NCBI RefSeq assembly: GCF_964355755.1
Contig: NC_092672.1
Coordinates: forward strand, 6,696,001-6,760,000
Direction of reading: 5' to 3'
Origin: Antedon mediterranea
Lineage: Eukaryota; Animalia; Echinodermata
Length of the DNA stretch: 64,000 bases
A model generated the notes under the pieces. The model worked only from the letters and a program-made list of their open reading frames with translations. It made no database searches and was not told the DNA's origin. Each line of letters begins with the position of its first letter. Positions within the stretch are counted from its first letter, which is position 1. Below are positions 26,778-40,857 of this stretch, one piece after another. A program made the translations under genes and the position numbers.

Positions 26778-26884
26778 GTAGGTTATACCAAATGCCGTTC
26801 TGACTTACCCGGGTAATGTGGTTTCATGGGCACAGTCATCGCTAACTTTGATGGGTAGCAACCAACTTACTACAATAGTATTTT

Positions 26885-27082
26885 TTGTATTAATATTTGT
26901 CCTCAGTGAGGAAATTCGGATTAGGCCCTCCACGAACACACGGCAGCCAGCAGTGCAGCGCCTACCAGATTAGGCAATGAGAGTAAAGCATCTTGCCTAA
27001 GGATGCAATTAGTATGGTACAGATAACCTCGAACCCATGCCTATCACATGCTAGTCCGATATTACCATTACACCATCACTCT
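26885..27082 (-). mobile_element. degenerate tRNA-derived SINE with CORE/V-like TCCTT(A)GGCAAG segment
   Basis: minus strand box A-like TGGTGTAATGG, box B-like GGTTCGAGG, then TCCTTAGGCAAGATGCTTTACTCTCATTGCCT, A-rich tail. Confidence 0.7.
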
Positions 27083-27083
27083 C

Positions 27084-27195
27084 CAGCACCCGCCACGATT
27101 TCTAGACGGTCTCCCATCCAGAACGCAACCGGGCCCAACGTTGCTTAACTTCGGTGATCTGACGAGAACCGGTGTTTCAACGCAGTATGGCCGTA
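27084..27195 (-). pseudogene. second 5S rRNA-derived copy
   Basis: reverse complement TACGGCCATACTGCGTTGAAACACCGGTTCTCGTCAGATCACCGAAGTTAAGCAACGTTGGGCCCGG...GGATGGGAGACCG; 3' part mutated. Confidence 0.9.
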
Positions 27196-27773
27196 TATAG
27201 TAGATACAAATAAGCCTGTACCGGTAAAACTAATATATTTACAACTATTGTTAGAATTAACACATTTTATCATAAACACTGAATTTAAGTATCCTGCATG
27301 TTTTGGTCAATAATTTAAATAACAGTATACCACTAACTCCAATTTACTGATTTGGCCTCAATTATACATTTACTATACAGTATTAAAATCAGTTAAATGT
27401 ACAATACTAATGTTTATATCATCATATACCTACTAACAAACTACTAATATTATACATATGATATGTTTAGACTAGATATTATCAATATTCTGTAGAATTC
27501 ACCTAATAAAAACTAACAGTACTGAATATTTTTATATGCAGCGTTCATCATACTAAACGTGCTCGAATTATGTAATGTGAATTATAGTTAATAAATTGAA
27601 TACATTATATCAAATATGAATAATAGATGCTTATAATGAAATCAGATACATAGAGGTACGGACATGCGTCTTTACATATTAAGCTAGTACAGCAGTACGA
27701 CTACGCCTTCTTGATACATCACGCATCAATCCATATATTAAGAAGATCGTAGTTAAGCATGCTTCTCAAATAA

Positions 27774-28038
27774 AGCTTGGTTTCCACTTGGACGTAGGCA
27801 CAACGAAAGTTAATTCACCAATCACAAGCGACAATTTTATCCATCGCGTCGTGATTGGTCAAATGACACCTGCGTTTACATCCTTGCGTTGCGTTGACGT
27901 GAGAAAAAAGCTTTGGACGCAACGCCAGCTCCTCAAGGAATTAACCAATAGAAACGTGATGAATGATCGTTCATCACGTCGTGATTGGTTAAATTAATTT
28001 CGTTACACTTACGTCCACTTATAGTGGGAACGAGACTT
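27774..28038. mobile_element. two adjacent degenerate MITE-A copies
   Basis: taa-agcttggtttccac..., ccaatcacaagcga, gtgattggtcaa, agtgggaac. Confidence 0.75.
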
Positions 28039-30640
28039 TTTCTTTTTTTATTTAATGAAGATACATAACTAATGTTTATGTATTCGCTAACCATATCTTA
28101 TTAGTTTTTAAGTTCATGATGCACACCTATTGTTTTATCAATCATTTTAGATAAAATTTCATGGGTAATCGGCTGCACATTATATTACATTACCAGGAAG
28201 AATGTGGTTATGATACCTGTTCCCACTATTTAACTATAAGGCGTACTATTCTACTAACACTTCCGTTTCATTACTACTATACTACCACCACCACACCATT
28301 GCAGGGCCACCATCACCACTACTACTACCACCGCAGCAACTAAACCACCATGTATCAACCACTCCAACTATTACCACTACAACCACTCTGTATCGTTGAT
28401 ACTAATATACGAATAATATTTATTTATTTATTTTTTTTTCTGTCCTCTGTTCTGGGTTGCCCAACTAGTATAGGTGTTTAGCACCAGTTTGGTCTTTCCG
28501 TGCCTCCTTTTATAATTGTCTTCATTGTAATGTACATGGCAGAAATTGAATAAATAAATAAATACTAAAAATAGTAGGACGTATTAAGTACAACTACTAT
28601 AGAATAATCTTTTGTAACAATAAGTTAAAAAGTATTTGTAATAGTGCATAAAACACTATACTTGTGATTTGATTAGTTAATTACATGTCACGCATACTGA
28701 ACTGAAAGATAGATTTAGTGATACTATTGCACGTTCACAGTTTTTTAACATTTTGATGAAGCCTGTGCAAATAACTGGACTGATCCCCGTTCGAAACCCA
28801 ACATCGGAGTGCTGCCTTCTGACTCGACCACGCCTCGTTACATAACATGCGGTAGTCAATCGTTAAATATATTATCCGCAATTATAATGTATAATCATTG
28901 CATAATACTTTATAATAAGAACAAAAGATTTCAGAGAAAAGTAAGAAAAAAATCCAGACTCAAGAATGATTGCCTGTAGTCATTATCAATTTATTTAGTC
29001 AAATTTGATTATCATTGCACTTTTCTTTCGATTTCATTTCAAAAGGCAACTATTAATTATCGATGCTGCCTTCAATATCATTGCAAAATCTTAGCATATT
29101 TAAATATATGATTATCATAACGATTAGGAATAATAATTTACTAATTAGGTTTACTGTCTATTGGATTTTAAAGTCCCAAGGCATTCTCTTTGTTTTCTTA
29201 TCTAATATTGCTCACTTGGAAAGATTTACAATTAAAACTAACATTATGGTTTTATCCGATTTCAGTACGGTATCATATCCTATCAAAGCAATTTAACAAC
29301 AGGATGCTGAGCTTCAGAAATCAAATGGTTTATCTGTGGCTGAAGCACGATCAGTCCCATGCCCATACACCGCGCGCCGCGGAGAATATGTACATAGTAC
29401 AGTACTGTTGAAATTTTTCGCAGCCACACATAAGATCAAAGGACTGTTACAAATTTCTATCTCGGTAAGGCGAGCTCAGTTACCGGTTAGATCATATCTG
29501 CGCTTATACCAATTCTTCAACATTTTGCAACTCGCAACCAATCATAGCTCTGAAATGTTCGATTCACAAAAAAAAAATTGCCGTGTGGAAAACACAGACA
29601 TTGTAATCTTTCTAGACTATATTACTTGCTCGGGACTCCATTAAAATTGTTAACACGGTTCTACGTTCTTATGTTTTTCTCTCATGTTAAAAAAAAAAAC
29701 TAATCTGACGTTGCTACAATTATCCTGTCAACATTGGACACCGTATATTCTAATAAATCTGTCATCACTCAACTCATTGCAATAATTAGGAATGCTATCG
29801 GACAATTTTGCATACTCATGTCTATTTTCCATTCCTTTTAGAAAAAAATCACAAATTTGACACAAGCGTTAAAACTCAGTTATCAAGCTTAAAAAACCAT
29901 TGGCAACAATGTACACGTTGCGTGTACTCTGGAATTATGGTAAATACAAAAATGCCTACAGAAATGTGCTATTCACGCGAAACTAACCAAAAAAAGTTTC
30001 ATCAACCAGGATTTGGAGATTATACAACTGAATACTTTAAACAAGATACATTTATCACAAACTGTAGTCAAATATTAGTGTTTATGTTTCTACAATCTCT
30101 AACGACAAGTTCTATGTGAAAATAGTATTAACTATCATATATTTATTTTTTCGATCATGTTCATCAATTAATTATGAATCTCTAAGGCAAATATACTCAA
30201 ACCGAAACCTTTGTCTCTTGCGCTTTATAAATGTTATTTATTAAACCGGACAATTGCACAGTACGCATTGTCCTATAAACCTAGTGACCGGAATGACCTG
30301 TATTAAAAGTACTCAATAGACATAGTCTCGTATCTAGATGACTGTCAATAGTCAGTTAATATCTACCTAGTGACAGCTGCTGAATAGAGTGTTGTGCACA
30401 ATACTATTAATTCAGTTTATGTTTATGCGGTAATTCTGTTAACCTATGGCTTCACGGTTCATTTTTTGGAGTAAACATGCTCCTTTCTAACTGAACAACT
30501 TAACTTAAATTTCTGTTTTCTTTTCTGCGTTGGGTAGAAAATAATGTTTTCAAACGAGAAGCCAAGAAGCACTTCTTCATGGACCAGTCCTCCTTTAAAG
30601 GTGAATCGGCAGTACTATAGACCACTTTCATGACATCTTA

Positions 30641-30744
30641 AGCTTGGTTCCCACTAGAGACGCAATCCAGACCAATCACAAGCGATCGATTATTCAAAAA
30701 GTTGCTTGTCATTGGTCACACGTTGATTTAGTGGTAAACAAGCT
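30641..30744. mobile_element. MITE-A, short copy
   Basis: agcttggttcccactag...tagtggtaaacaagct flanked by TTA/TTA. Confidence 0.82.
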
Positions 30745-30863
30745 TTAAACAACAAGGAATTGTATATTCCTACTCTTTATTTGTTGCGTACCATGCTAAT
30801 TCCCAGTTTAGAGGAAAACATATCAAAAGACCAAAAACAAAAATTCTGAAGTTTAAAAATGTA

Positions 30864-31125
30864 TACTGTAAAACAAAACCTTTCTTTTTGCAGCTGCTCT
30901 AGATATTTTCATTTTCCAGAAATAAAACAAAAATAGCGTGTTTATCCCTCTTGGAAAAATCAATATTTCGTCGGTGGCATCATAAAAAGATACAATAGTG
31001 CGCGTTCAAAAACTGGCCAACCATTGGATGCGCATGGCCCATGGTGATACTGATGCTTTATGTGGTGTGCTTATTTTTGCAAAACAAATCCAATGCGCAC
31101 GCAAAAAGAAAACATTTTTACAGTA
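30864..31125. mobile_element. degenerate TA-flanked MITE (ta-CTGTAAAA...TTTTACAG-ta)
   Basis: imperfect TIR including tttctttttgc / gcaaaaagaaa. Confidence 0.45.
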
Positions 31126-31811
31126 TATCACAAAAACAACAGCACGATAATCCAAAATCGTAACAAATTAACCACGAGTAATGCACTTAACACTCTCAAT
31201 GATCGCACAATGTAAAATTTTCGTGAAAATGGTCTGTTTTCAAATAAATATTATGAAAGGTAAAATGAAGCTTGATAGGTTTTAGTTTTGTGCATTGATA
31301 GGACATTTTTGCTAATTATACGCACGCTTGGTTTGTTTTTGTTTCGGGAGTAAGGCTTCTTGGCTTCTCGTTTGTCGTCACGCTTTGCTGTGGTGTGTTC
31401 TATTATCATGTTTCTTGTTCATTTTTCAACATCTTGCATATGTATGTGTCATCAAATTTGATCAAGCTGGTATTTTGATGTGCTTGACGTTTAACATTTC
31501 TTTTTCATGTTGAAATATCGATTTAATTGCACCAAATTATTGGATTCAAGAATGATAATATTCAGAGATGGTATATTATATAATAAGTGTGTGCTTACAT
31601 CATTTAGTTTCTGTTTTATTGCATTGAAAATATTTCATTCTATTTGTTACGTTTGCATGTGTTTGATTGTATGAATGCATACTGTAGGCCTAATCTCTAT
31701 AATTGTGATTTGAATTTATTAGTTTGCTTGTGCTGTACAGTGGGAAAAAAAAGCAAAAAATCACATATTTTGTATAGCATTTTATGACGTATTTTTCCGT
31801 TTATTTTATAG

Positions 31812-31871
31812 ATACAAAAGATGTCGGCAAACCACAAAGGATTGGAATCGAACGATATATTACTTACCTAG
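31812..31871 (+). CDS. P2RX: Probable P2X terminal coding exon (IQKMSANHKGLESNDILLT*)
   Basis: long U-rich tract ending ttattttatag, phase-0 frame to TAG, AATAAA near 32149; no homology support because P2X tails are divergent. Confidence 0.55.
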   Translation: MQKMSANHKGLESNDILLT

Positions 31872-34800
31872 TACTTAAGTCTGGGGGATTGTGGGATTGT
31901 GGCAAAGGCCGAAAGTAGATATTATAGTTTGGGGACAACGGCACTTTACCAGTAAACGTAAAACAGTAATACAACACGCCGTCGAATCAATACAAACTCA
32001 AGAACAGGATTTAACTTAACATGATGATGGCGTACTTTCGAGGTCTCGTTTCGAGCTTATAAATCGAGATACATCCACCCCTGCATGCACAGACGGCAAC
32101 AAGTGATCAGAGCAGAGCCAGCAAGCAATACAGTTTTGTTCATGTTGTAATAAAAAATGTTTAAACAAATTGTAAATTATATTGTAAAAAAAATAATACA
32201 TATATAACAAGCGAATTATTCCAACTGCGCATGACTGTCAAAGATCATAAAGCGCAAATTATAAATGACGTACATTTGTGGCGTTCATTATGTGCTATAA
32301 TTTTACTTCCAGTATTTGCATTGACCTTTGACCTACAAATGCGCAAATGATTGATGCAATGGCTTATTGTAGCTGGATATCAATGAGCCAATTTATTTTC
32401 AATCATTTTGTTTGTATTCCATGTGGTACCGGTAGATGCAGGCGGCGGCTCTTTGCTCGGCCATTTCAAGGTTTACAAGAGATTGCTCTAAACCAAAATA
32501 ATAACTAAGATTACTGTATGGCATAGTTTCTAATCAGAGAGACGACTCCAAAACGTGACTGATGGAGGTTTCAATCACTGACGTAGATGTGTATTAAGCG
32601 GTTTCTATACATATAAGTTCCGAATACCGAATAAGACAAAATGTCTCGCCTCAAGATACTATCGTATAAGTTCATCCATTATACTGATTACTTTTATTTT
32701 AATATACATTTATATACTTTTAGCTCTACTCCTTTCATATTAATCTAAGTCAAGTTATCTATTATTGCGTGATATGTATCTGGGGGCAATATTAACCGTT
32801 CAATAACAACGTGTGGTTCTATGTAGTTTGACGATGGAGTCACTAATCTTGGTAGATCGATGATTTTTGTCGGAGGTATTACGGACGGTGTTGTTCAGAC
32901 ATGGGTAGTAGCGTAGCTAACGATAGTATGATTATATCGTTACGCGACACTTTAGTTAGTCACGACGCTGACAGGACCTAGCTTTTGCTACGACAGAGAC
33001 CTCTTTTACAAGGAAAAAGGAACAGGACCCATACCATAGTCTGCTTTCTCCGATTTTCATTGATTCAACCTGCAGTTACTCCTAATCTGTGGATGACAAG
33101 GATTTAATGGCATGGATTTATTTATTTATTAGCGTACGACTGTCTTTCATAAAGATACCGTTACTACACACGTCTGAACAGTCCTCAAGACAAAGTCGAT
33201 GCGTGCTTTTATAAGTCGTAGGCCTACAATATTTGTAGAAACACTACGTTAGCGAACAATGTCTAAATCCAACCGCATTTCTATTTCATACGTTCTTGCC
33301 ATTAGCAATTAATATATACATAATCATACATTATATAACCAAGTAATTAAATAAATAACTTGAGAATACTAATAGGACTATTAAGGAAAATAATCAGTAT
33401 TTCAAAAGAAATCTATTGTAGTCATAATTAGATAATTAATTTTTTTATTGCCAAATAAACCGCGACACTATCAATACATTTTGTTTTACCGTAGTATTAA
33501 AATAATGTACAATATTATATGTACCACAATTATTAACAATTTTGCTGGTCAAAATTGGTATTTGATGGGCATCATTAGCCTATAATAAATAATTTCTTTT
33601 TATGTTTTTTTTAGTAGAAAACAACTTTTGAATTTCATAATTCTTCCTTAAAATGCACTTGGATTGTAAGCACAATGATAATTCTCCAATTGCTATTCTG
33701 AAATGCACAATTAAAAACGTTACAATTTATTTTTTATCTATTTTTGCCAAATTATAATTTGCATCAACATTCGAATGCAATTTAAGTATTTCTTAACTTA
33801 AATATCATGTTCTGTGGCCCGGGTGAACAAAACACATAGTCTTTCATTTATGTTATTATTTCATTTAGGGACCGTAAACGGTGGTTCCATAAATTGTAAT
33901 TAATTTTTCGAATCATGAATTGGTAAATGTGTTATGTTACATCTCCTATATTTCTCGCTAGGCCTGAAACGTTTTAAACAATGCTACAGTTAGAGTACTA
34001 TACGAGACATCACAAACACGTTTAATAGTGTAGAGAGATAGGCCTACTTTAAATACAGGTTCAGATATCAAATTAGGTTTACAAACGTTATTCCTCGGTC
34101 AAGTATTCGTAAATATTTGCAAAATACGAATCGTAAGGTTCGAGATGGTTTTTAATGTAATTTTTTCAAATTAACGTGGCCGGATATTGGCATACTCTCA
34201 TAAATTATTACAGTACGTACAGTAAAGAAGTAGTTTAAAAAATCTTAAATATATAAACATTTCGTACGTAAACTATCGAATTGTATCATAAATACATAAA
34301 GTACAGTAGTTTTGATTTTGAATCAATAACATCTGAATTGTGTTTTTATTGCGTTTAAATAGCTTTAGGCCTAATAACAACAATTTAAGTGTTCCATTCA
34401 TTAATTAACTTGTCTTTACGATTTATACTCGCGGTGGAGGAGGAATCTTCACATTGCCAAACATCTAATGTAAATTTTAAACATCAAACGTTTTTATTTT
34501 ACGTTTCTCGTCAGCCAAATGAAATTGATTATTATTGATGGCGTAATGCTTGGGTCATTGACAGGTCATCCATGTTATTAGTACTGTATCCTGATCAATA
34601 TACGGTGCTATATTAAACCAAGCAAACAAGGTATTTACCATAGTAGAAGTAACAGACTGTCTCTTAAAAAGGGGTTGACTGTAGTGTTAAAATATATAGT
34701 GTCTCCTATTTGTTTCATAGGAAAATGTCACCTTAATAGGGGTGTCTCATAAAGTGTCCCAAAGGGTTCCAAATTGTTATACAACATAGCCCTCGAATTC

Positions 34801-36829
34801 ATTCGAGTATATTGCGTGTACAGTGTCCTGAATGTATACCATTTTACCTAGCGCTGCAAAAACCTATACTAATGATTATTGTAATGTGTGCCATTTAATA
34901 TGAGGTCTATGTCAACAATTATTTTACATGTAGACAATAAACCGATATTATTTTTGTAGGTATTTTAACCATTATTTTAAATGCTTTAACATGTGAGGGC
35001 GTTTTACTTTTTGTGCAATATAGCCAATTATTAAGATATCCGTCCCAATTCTATGTCAACCTTTTTGTTAAAAACAAAACAAATATTTCAACTACCCATT
35101 GTTTATATAGTGTTATTGGTTTTAAATTAACTACGGTTTCTCTGTATCCTTATGATTAATAATCTTTTCCTCCCTGTCTGAACGACTTTATTGGTGCCGC
35201 TACTCGTGCTTGTCACGACAGGGAAATGTATTATAAATATATTGCTCAAAATCATTTTTTTCCTATAAAAATGGCTGGATGAAATCTCTTTTATTGCACC
35301 CGATTGTCTGTACTGTCTCCACATATTATTATGGTATCTTTCCAGTGTCGGGCAAATTCTGGGTTACGGCAAATGATACAGGCGTCACAAGTGACATGTG
35401 TGACGCTGTGTAACAGAATGTGCCTATGATACTGGACAAATTATAAATACAGTACAGAGAAACGACAAATCGACAAAGAGGCTAATTATAATTGTTTTTG
35501 GTTTTCAAAATTTATTTTTAATAATATTATAAAAATACATATTTAATATCTGTATGTTATCATTAGTGATCAAGCGCATGTGTTTATTTCTCTATATTAA
35601 TTGTCATATTTTGGAATATGACAATTATTTTACCGTGTAACAACAGCGGTAAGTGTAAAGTTTAAATATCAGTTAAGACAGAAAAGTATTTTTATTTTAC
35701 AATTTAAAGTATCTGAAATCTTGCTATTGAATCTCAGAGTGTAATTTACAGTAAAAAATAAACATTTGTTTACGTACGGTGTTGTGTAGAGTGTATAATT
35801 CTAGATCAGTATGAGATGACAACTTACCGGTATACTGTAATTAATTAATAATAAAAACCAGCATTGATATCAAAACAAAGAAATATAGAGTTACCACATT
35901 CTTAAAACAAATGCAAATATTATGTATACGTACTAAATAGGCTTAGATTTCCCCAAATACAAAATACTTTGGTTAAAAAACTGAAATTTGTGTAGTCTGT
36001 CTTCAGTACCGTGAATATTAGAATAGAAAAAAAATCAACAGTATTAATAAATGTATGTAATCATAACTATCTTTAAAAGATAAAACGGCAATAAACATTA
36101 ACTTTAATATAATTTAAAAATGTAAGTTTAGATTTATTAAAATAAAATAAAAGTCAAAACGTACAGTTGAATTTACAATTGATTTTTGGACATGAATATG
36201 AATCTTGGCTTATTATTACGAGAGCATGTGGATGAATACATAAGTAAAGCATTGATTATATTTAATAGTTACATTAGTAAAGCCACCCAATCATATAAAA
36301 TGACGTCATTAATTTGGTATCAATTGGGTTCGAACGAACTCGCTATTTCCTGAACTGCCATTTTCAAGACTCAAGAAGCAAAATTGATGATTTAAATAGT
36401 TAATGTTTAACTAGCCTAGCTTTTGACGATGTCTACCCTCTTAGTGGACAAATTACCATCTTAAAGTTTGCTGAAAAACATTCTGGCTACGGGCTTGGTC
36501 GCATTATTCAGGATAGAGTGCCTATGTACATTTCTAATTCAACGGTTTTAAATATAAAGAAACATAAGATGTGGTTTTAAAGGTCTTAACATTAGGTGAT
36601 TATGAAATAATGCTTTTTTAAAGTAGCATGTTTAATTAATGCTTTCTTTTTAAACCATGTGACCTTTACTTCATAAACAATATGGATATGCTAAACAACT
36701 ACATCTATAGAAACTAAAATAATAAATTCAAACTTAACATTTTTTTTTTAAACTATCTTTTTGAATTGGAAAGAAGGGTTCATTGAAAAATGAAAATTCT
36801 ACCACAGTCCAATATCAAAGGAACACTCG

Positions 36830-36892
36830 GTAATAATACACCATCTCATGTGTATCACATGTGGCGCCTGTATCATGTAAGGTTAGGTTAAG
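36830..36892. repeat. dispersed repeat family (ATGATACAGGC..CACATGTGA motif); other copies near 120-168, 35372-35432, 40275-40350, 46238-46263
   Basis: shared catgatacag(g/a)c..cacat(g/a)tga.acacat core in both orientations, two copies next to cctaacct. Confidence 0.6.
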
Positions 36893-38546
36893 AATTATAT
36901 TATGGTCTATAATACTACAGTAGGCAATGACATTTAAAAATGTAATGTTGTATAATATGGACTTTTCCTTTTGAGACATCTATAACAGTACGGATAATCA
37001 GATGTGTTAGATAAAGTTTAACAACTTTAAAAAGGAGTAGAGATAAAAAAGAAATATAACGGGTTTATTTTAAAGATTGGTTTAAATGCATCGCAATAGA
37101 ATTGTTTGTAAACAAATTGTAAATAATGTAACCATGTTTACACTACATTCATTTTAAATTTAGATCAAAAAATCCTCAAGAAATGTAATAATGATTTGCA
37201 TGCACCTTATACGTTTAAATTAACTTATTTGTAGAACGGAAAGTGCAATATTATTTTGTATTATTACAATTGAATAGCTTTAAGTTTTATGAGTGTAAGA
37301 TCAAATTAATCACAATATAGAAACGCACGAACCAACTACTAGCAATAGTGTTTTAATAGACTATAGGCATTTTTCTATGCTCCATAATAACATTACGGAA
37401 GAGGAGAATGAAACTCGATATGCGAGTGAATTATAATATGTATATAAACTTTACAAATGAATCTGTTCTCATCACGTGTCAATCATAGTAATTTGACAAA
37501 TCAGAACGTCATTTTAAATAAGAAAAAATCACGTCTTGGTCGCATTGTTTTTCTCCAACGTGTTAAGGCAGAAACACATAGAGGGCGCTATATTTCCTTC
37601 TGTATTATGAATATGCATGAGGGTCTCATTTTTAGAGAGATGCCTGCGTATATCCTTGGCGTGAACACTGTTATCTGATTGGTCAAATTATTGGTTTTGT
37701 TGAATTGGGTGAGGAAGTGTGAAACGTAGGCCTACTGTGTCATTGTGCGACGAAGGGTGCCGCCGTAGATAAAATGTCAATTTACAGACGGGCCCCTTCT
37801 TTTAGCAATACGTGATGTTTCTAACTCAAGTACAAAAATAAAGTATGTTTCCTTAAAATTGGTTTATTGACTCTTTATGTATATTGTACTGTATATGTAT
37901 TGTAAAAAAATGTGTATTTATATTCAGTTTGTTATTCAACTTCCTAATCTGTATCTGAAACAGATTAGGCCTACTGCAGTAGGTAGGCCTACTGCAGTAG
38001 GATGCTCAATTTGATTGGTGCTAAAACAATATAACTTTTTCCTTTTTTATCCTGTACATCGTTTCATACAATCAGGAAAGAATGAAATTACTCTGCTCTG
38101 ATGGGAAATAATGCAAGAATCGTTCAAAATTAAACGTCGTCGTACCGTTCCGTAAAACGTGGAATGTATGTAGTTTGACTTGACAAATCGGTGAGACCGC
38201 TAGGAAGTCATGTTGCCGACATGAGTAAAGGCATGACGCGATAGCATGCGTCTTTTGCGAAAGGTAATGTAATATTCAAGAGATGACACACACTTAATTC
38301 AATGGGAGTTAATATTGTAAAAAACAGAATTATGCCACAAGCTTCTGAAGGAATGAACAGATTTACATTTTAACGTAAAGAATTGAATATTAAAATGTAT
38401 ACGCTAACCCAATCTGCATACGTTCTGTTGTCAGAAACCATAATACATAATAAGTGGTAATAATAATAATAGATTCATAACAATAACTTAAAATGTGTAT
38501 GCTATATACGACCATAAGCAATACACAGGAACAGTAATTAGACTTA

Positions 38547-38650
38547 AGCTTAATTTCCACTAGGACACAACACAAGTAAAATGAAAGTGGGCCTAATTTG
38601 ACCAATCATAAGCGATGGATTATCCGAACCTTCATTGGTAAACTCGCTTA
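38547..38650. mobile_element. MITE-A fragment
   Basis: agcttaatttccactagg...ttgaccaatcataagcgatggattatccgaa. Confidence 0.6.
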
Positions 38651-40712
38651 GGCGACAGTTATTTAAAAAAAAAGTTAAAATATAGAATCTTTAAAATTAA
38701 TTTACTATGAGCTGAATGAAATACCTCTCAGTACTGCTTTATTGAATGTAAATATGTAAACGAAATCGATTCAGAGATAACGTGTACAGCACCTCAATTT
38801 ATAATTGTCACATAATATACGTGTTTTCATTATTGCATGCAGGAAAGAGTGAAATTAGATAATTTCACTCTTCCCTGGCAATATACGGTAATAAAGTTAT
38901 TGGTCTTAAACGAGTTGTTCGACGAAAAGGGCACGGCGACACGATGTCGTTATAACAATCGGCGATAACTAAAAGCTTTATTCGTTTTTGTTCTAATTTT
39001 GTTGGAAATCTCCGTTTAAAATCCAAATTTGAGATAGAAATATAGTTGGTTTAACGACAGGCCCTTGCAGTCTATTCATTCAATCGGGTCCGTAGAAATA
39101 AGAATGTTAAGGGAGTTTATAATGTCTGTTAAAATATATTGCATCGATGAGCAGCAGCAAACAAAACGAACATTGTGAATTTATTGTGAAAAAATTGCTT
39201 CACTCTTTGATTTATCTGATCGAAAGAAGAGTAGCATTTACATAAGAATTGACCATTTACCAAGTGTGGTAACCGAGGCTGTTCCGAATCATATCCGAGT
39301 TACATCCGACATAAGTGCTCATGTGATCGGTTAACTCTCGGTCTCCTGTTGTTAACTCCGATATTGCAGCAGACGTTGCATCTAATAAACAAATACATCG
39401 TTAATAAATAGTACGTAGGCCTACTATTGCGCTTTTGACCCACAGTCGTCCAATCAAAATGATACGAATTTATTTAGCTGTTATATCAAGTTTATAACAC
39501 ACGCGTTTTGACCGCAAAACAAGTCAAACAAATTAAAACGAACCGAAAAGAGCGTGCAAACAGAGCTAATCACCTAAACAATTTACAAGTGTAAATTATA
39601 AATGTTACACATTTCGGTTAATGTTGACGTGACACAAATCAAATGTTCATTATGAATCCGTCAAACGCAAGATACCAATAAATACACGTTCTTTAAAACG
39701 TCACAGAAGATAACTAATAACGTCATTACAAGTGCTGCCGCCAGACGTTCGGAGGGATTGGGTATCCAATGTTTAGACCATAGAGATATATAACCAACCA
39801 AATTATAATGTATTACTCATGCCTAATGAAACTATAATTCATACAACCTCTTGTTTTCAAACCAGAAATTGAGATTGTTAGAAAGTTTCAGTTATTCATG
39901 GAGTCAGATAAACATCAAGGCTATAAAAAAGAGAACGGCTAGTTGACGACATCTAATATAGGGGAAACCAAGCATTTAAATTGAGACCAGCACTATCAAA
40001 CACAAAATAGGCAGACAACCAACAGTACGGCTTGTCCCCACACTGGAAATTTGCGTTTTTATCAATGTATAGTTCACCTGATGCTCGGTATATCTAATTT
40101 CTTCAGTATAATAGGAATATTTTGGTAATTAATTAATATTAATTGTAATTGTATAAGATCTAAATTTGTATCCGTTTGTGTCGACAGGACGTACACAATG
40201 CAAAACAAGTTTATTTCTACTTGATTGTGTATTATCCTGTATAAATATGTTGTTAAGTAAGTAAGTAATAAATCATAATGTGTTTCACATGCATCTCCTG
40301 GTATCATGATACAGACACCACATGTGATACACATAAGATGCTGTATTACCAACTATTCTTAAGATACTGGGAAAATATATAGTATATGGATATATAGCAC
40401 TGAGAATGTATGAATTAAAAATCGTATCGATTTAGTAAAACTGACAAATATTATAAACTGCTATAAAAAAATGATTGACATAATGTGTGAAATTTTTATT
40501 TTTTATCAATACGAAGATTAGTTAAAACGACCAACGTTTAGTACAGTCTAGGGAATGATCTTCTCGCTAACAAGAATTGTATATTTTTAGCATAATATAA
40601 CAGCAACACATGTGTTGTTTTTTTTTAATACTCGAGAGAGGTTGTAATGCCAAGAAAGGACTTATTTTATTAGAAGTAATAACTGGAAATATCTATACTT
40701 CCATCACCTTTA

Positions 40713-40857
40713 AGCTCTGTCTACACTATCAAACTAGTTTGACAAAAAAAGTGTGATGTGCCCAAATATGGTAGGGATATGCCGACATTTAGTAGTGATG
40801 ACATCATCATGTCCAGTCCATATATGGGCATGGCCGTTCGATAGTGTAGACAGAACT
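40713..40857. mobile_element. MITE-B (PIF/Harbinger-type, TIR AGCTCTGTCTACACTATC)
   Basis: agctctgtctacactatc...gatagtgtagacagaact, TTA/TTA TSD. Confidence 0.88.

Noticed and set aside
20607-27195. Functional 5S rRNA genes
   Set aside because: Both copies have damaged ends or internal control region changes, no poly-T terminator and no tandem rDNA context
32800-33110. Minus-strand acceptor-like site followed by GC-richer sequence, possible last exon of a third gene
   Set aside because: All frames close within 10 codons and no upstream exons were found
39261-39381. Minus-strand AG/GT-bounded open segment (ATSAAISELTTG...)
   Set aside because: No recognisable protein, no compatible partner exon, and it shares tgtaactcggata with a repeat-like segment near 51397
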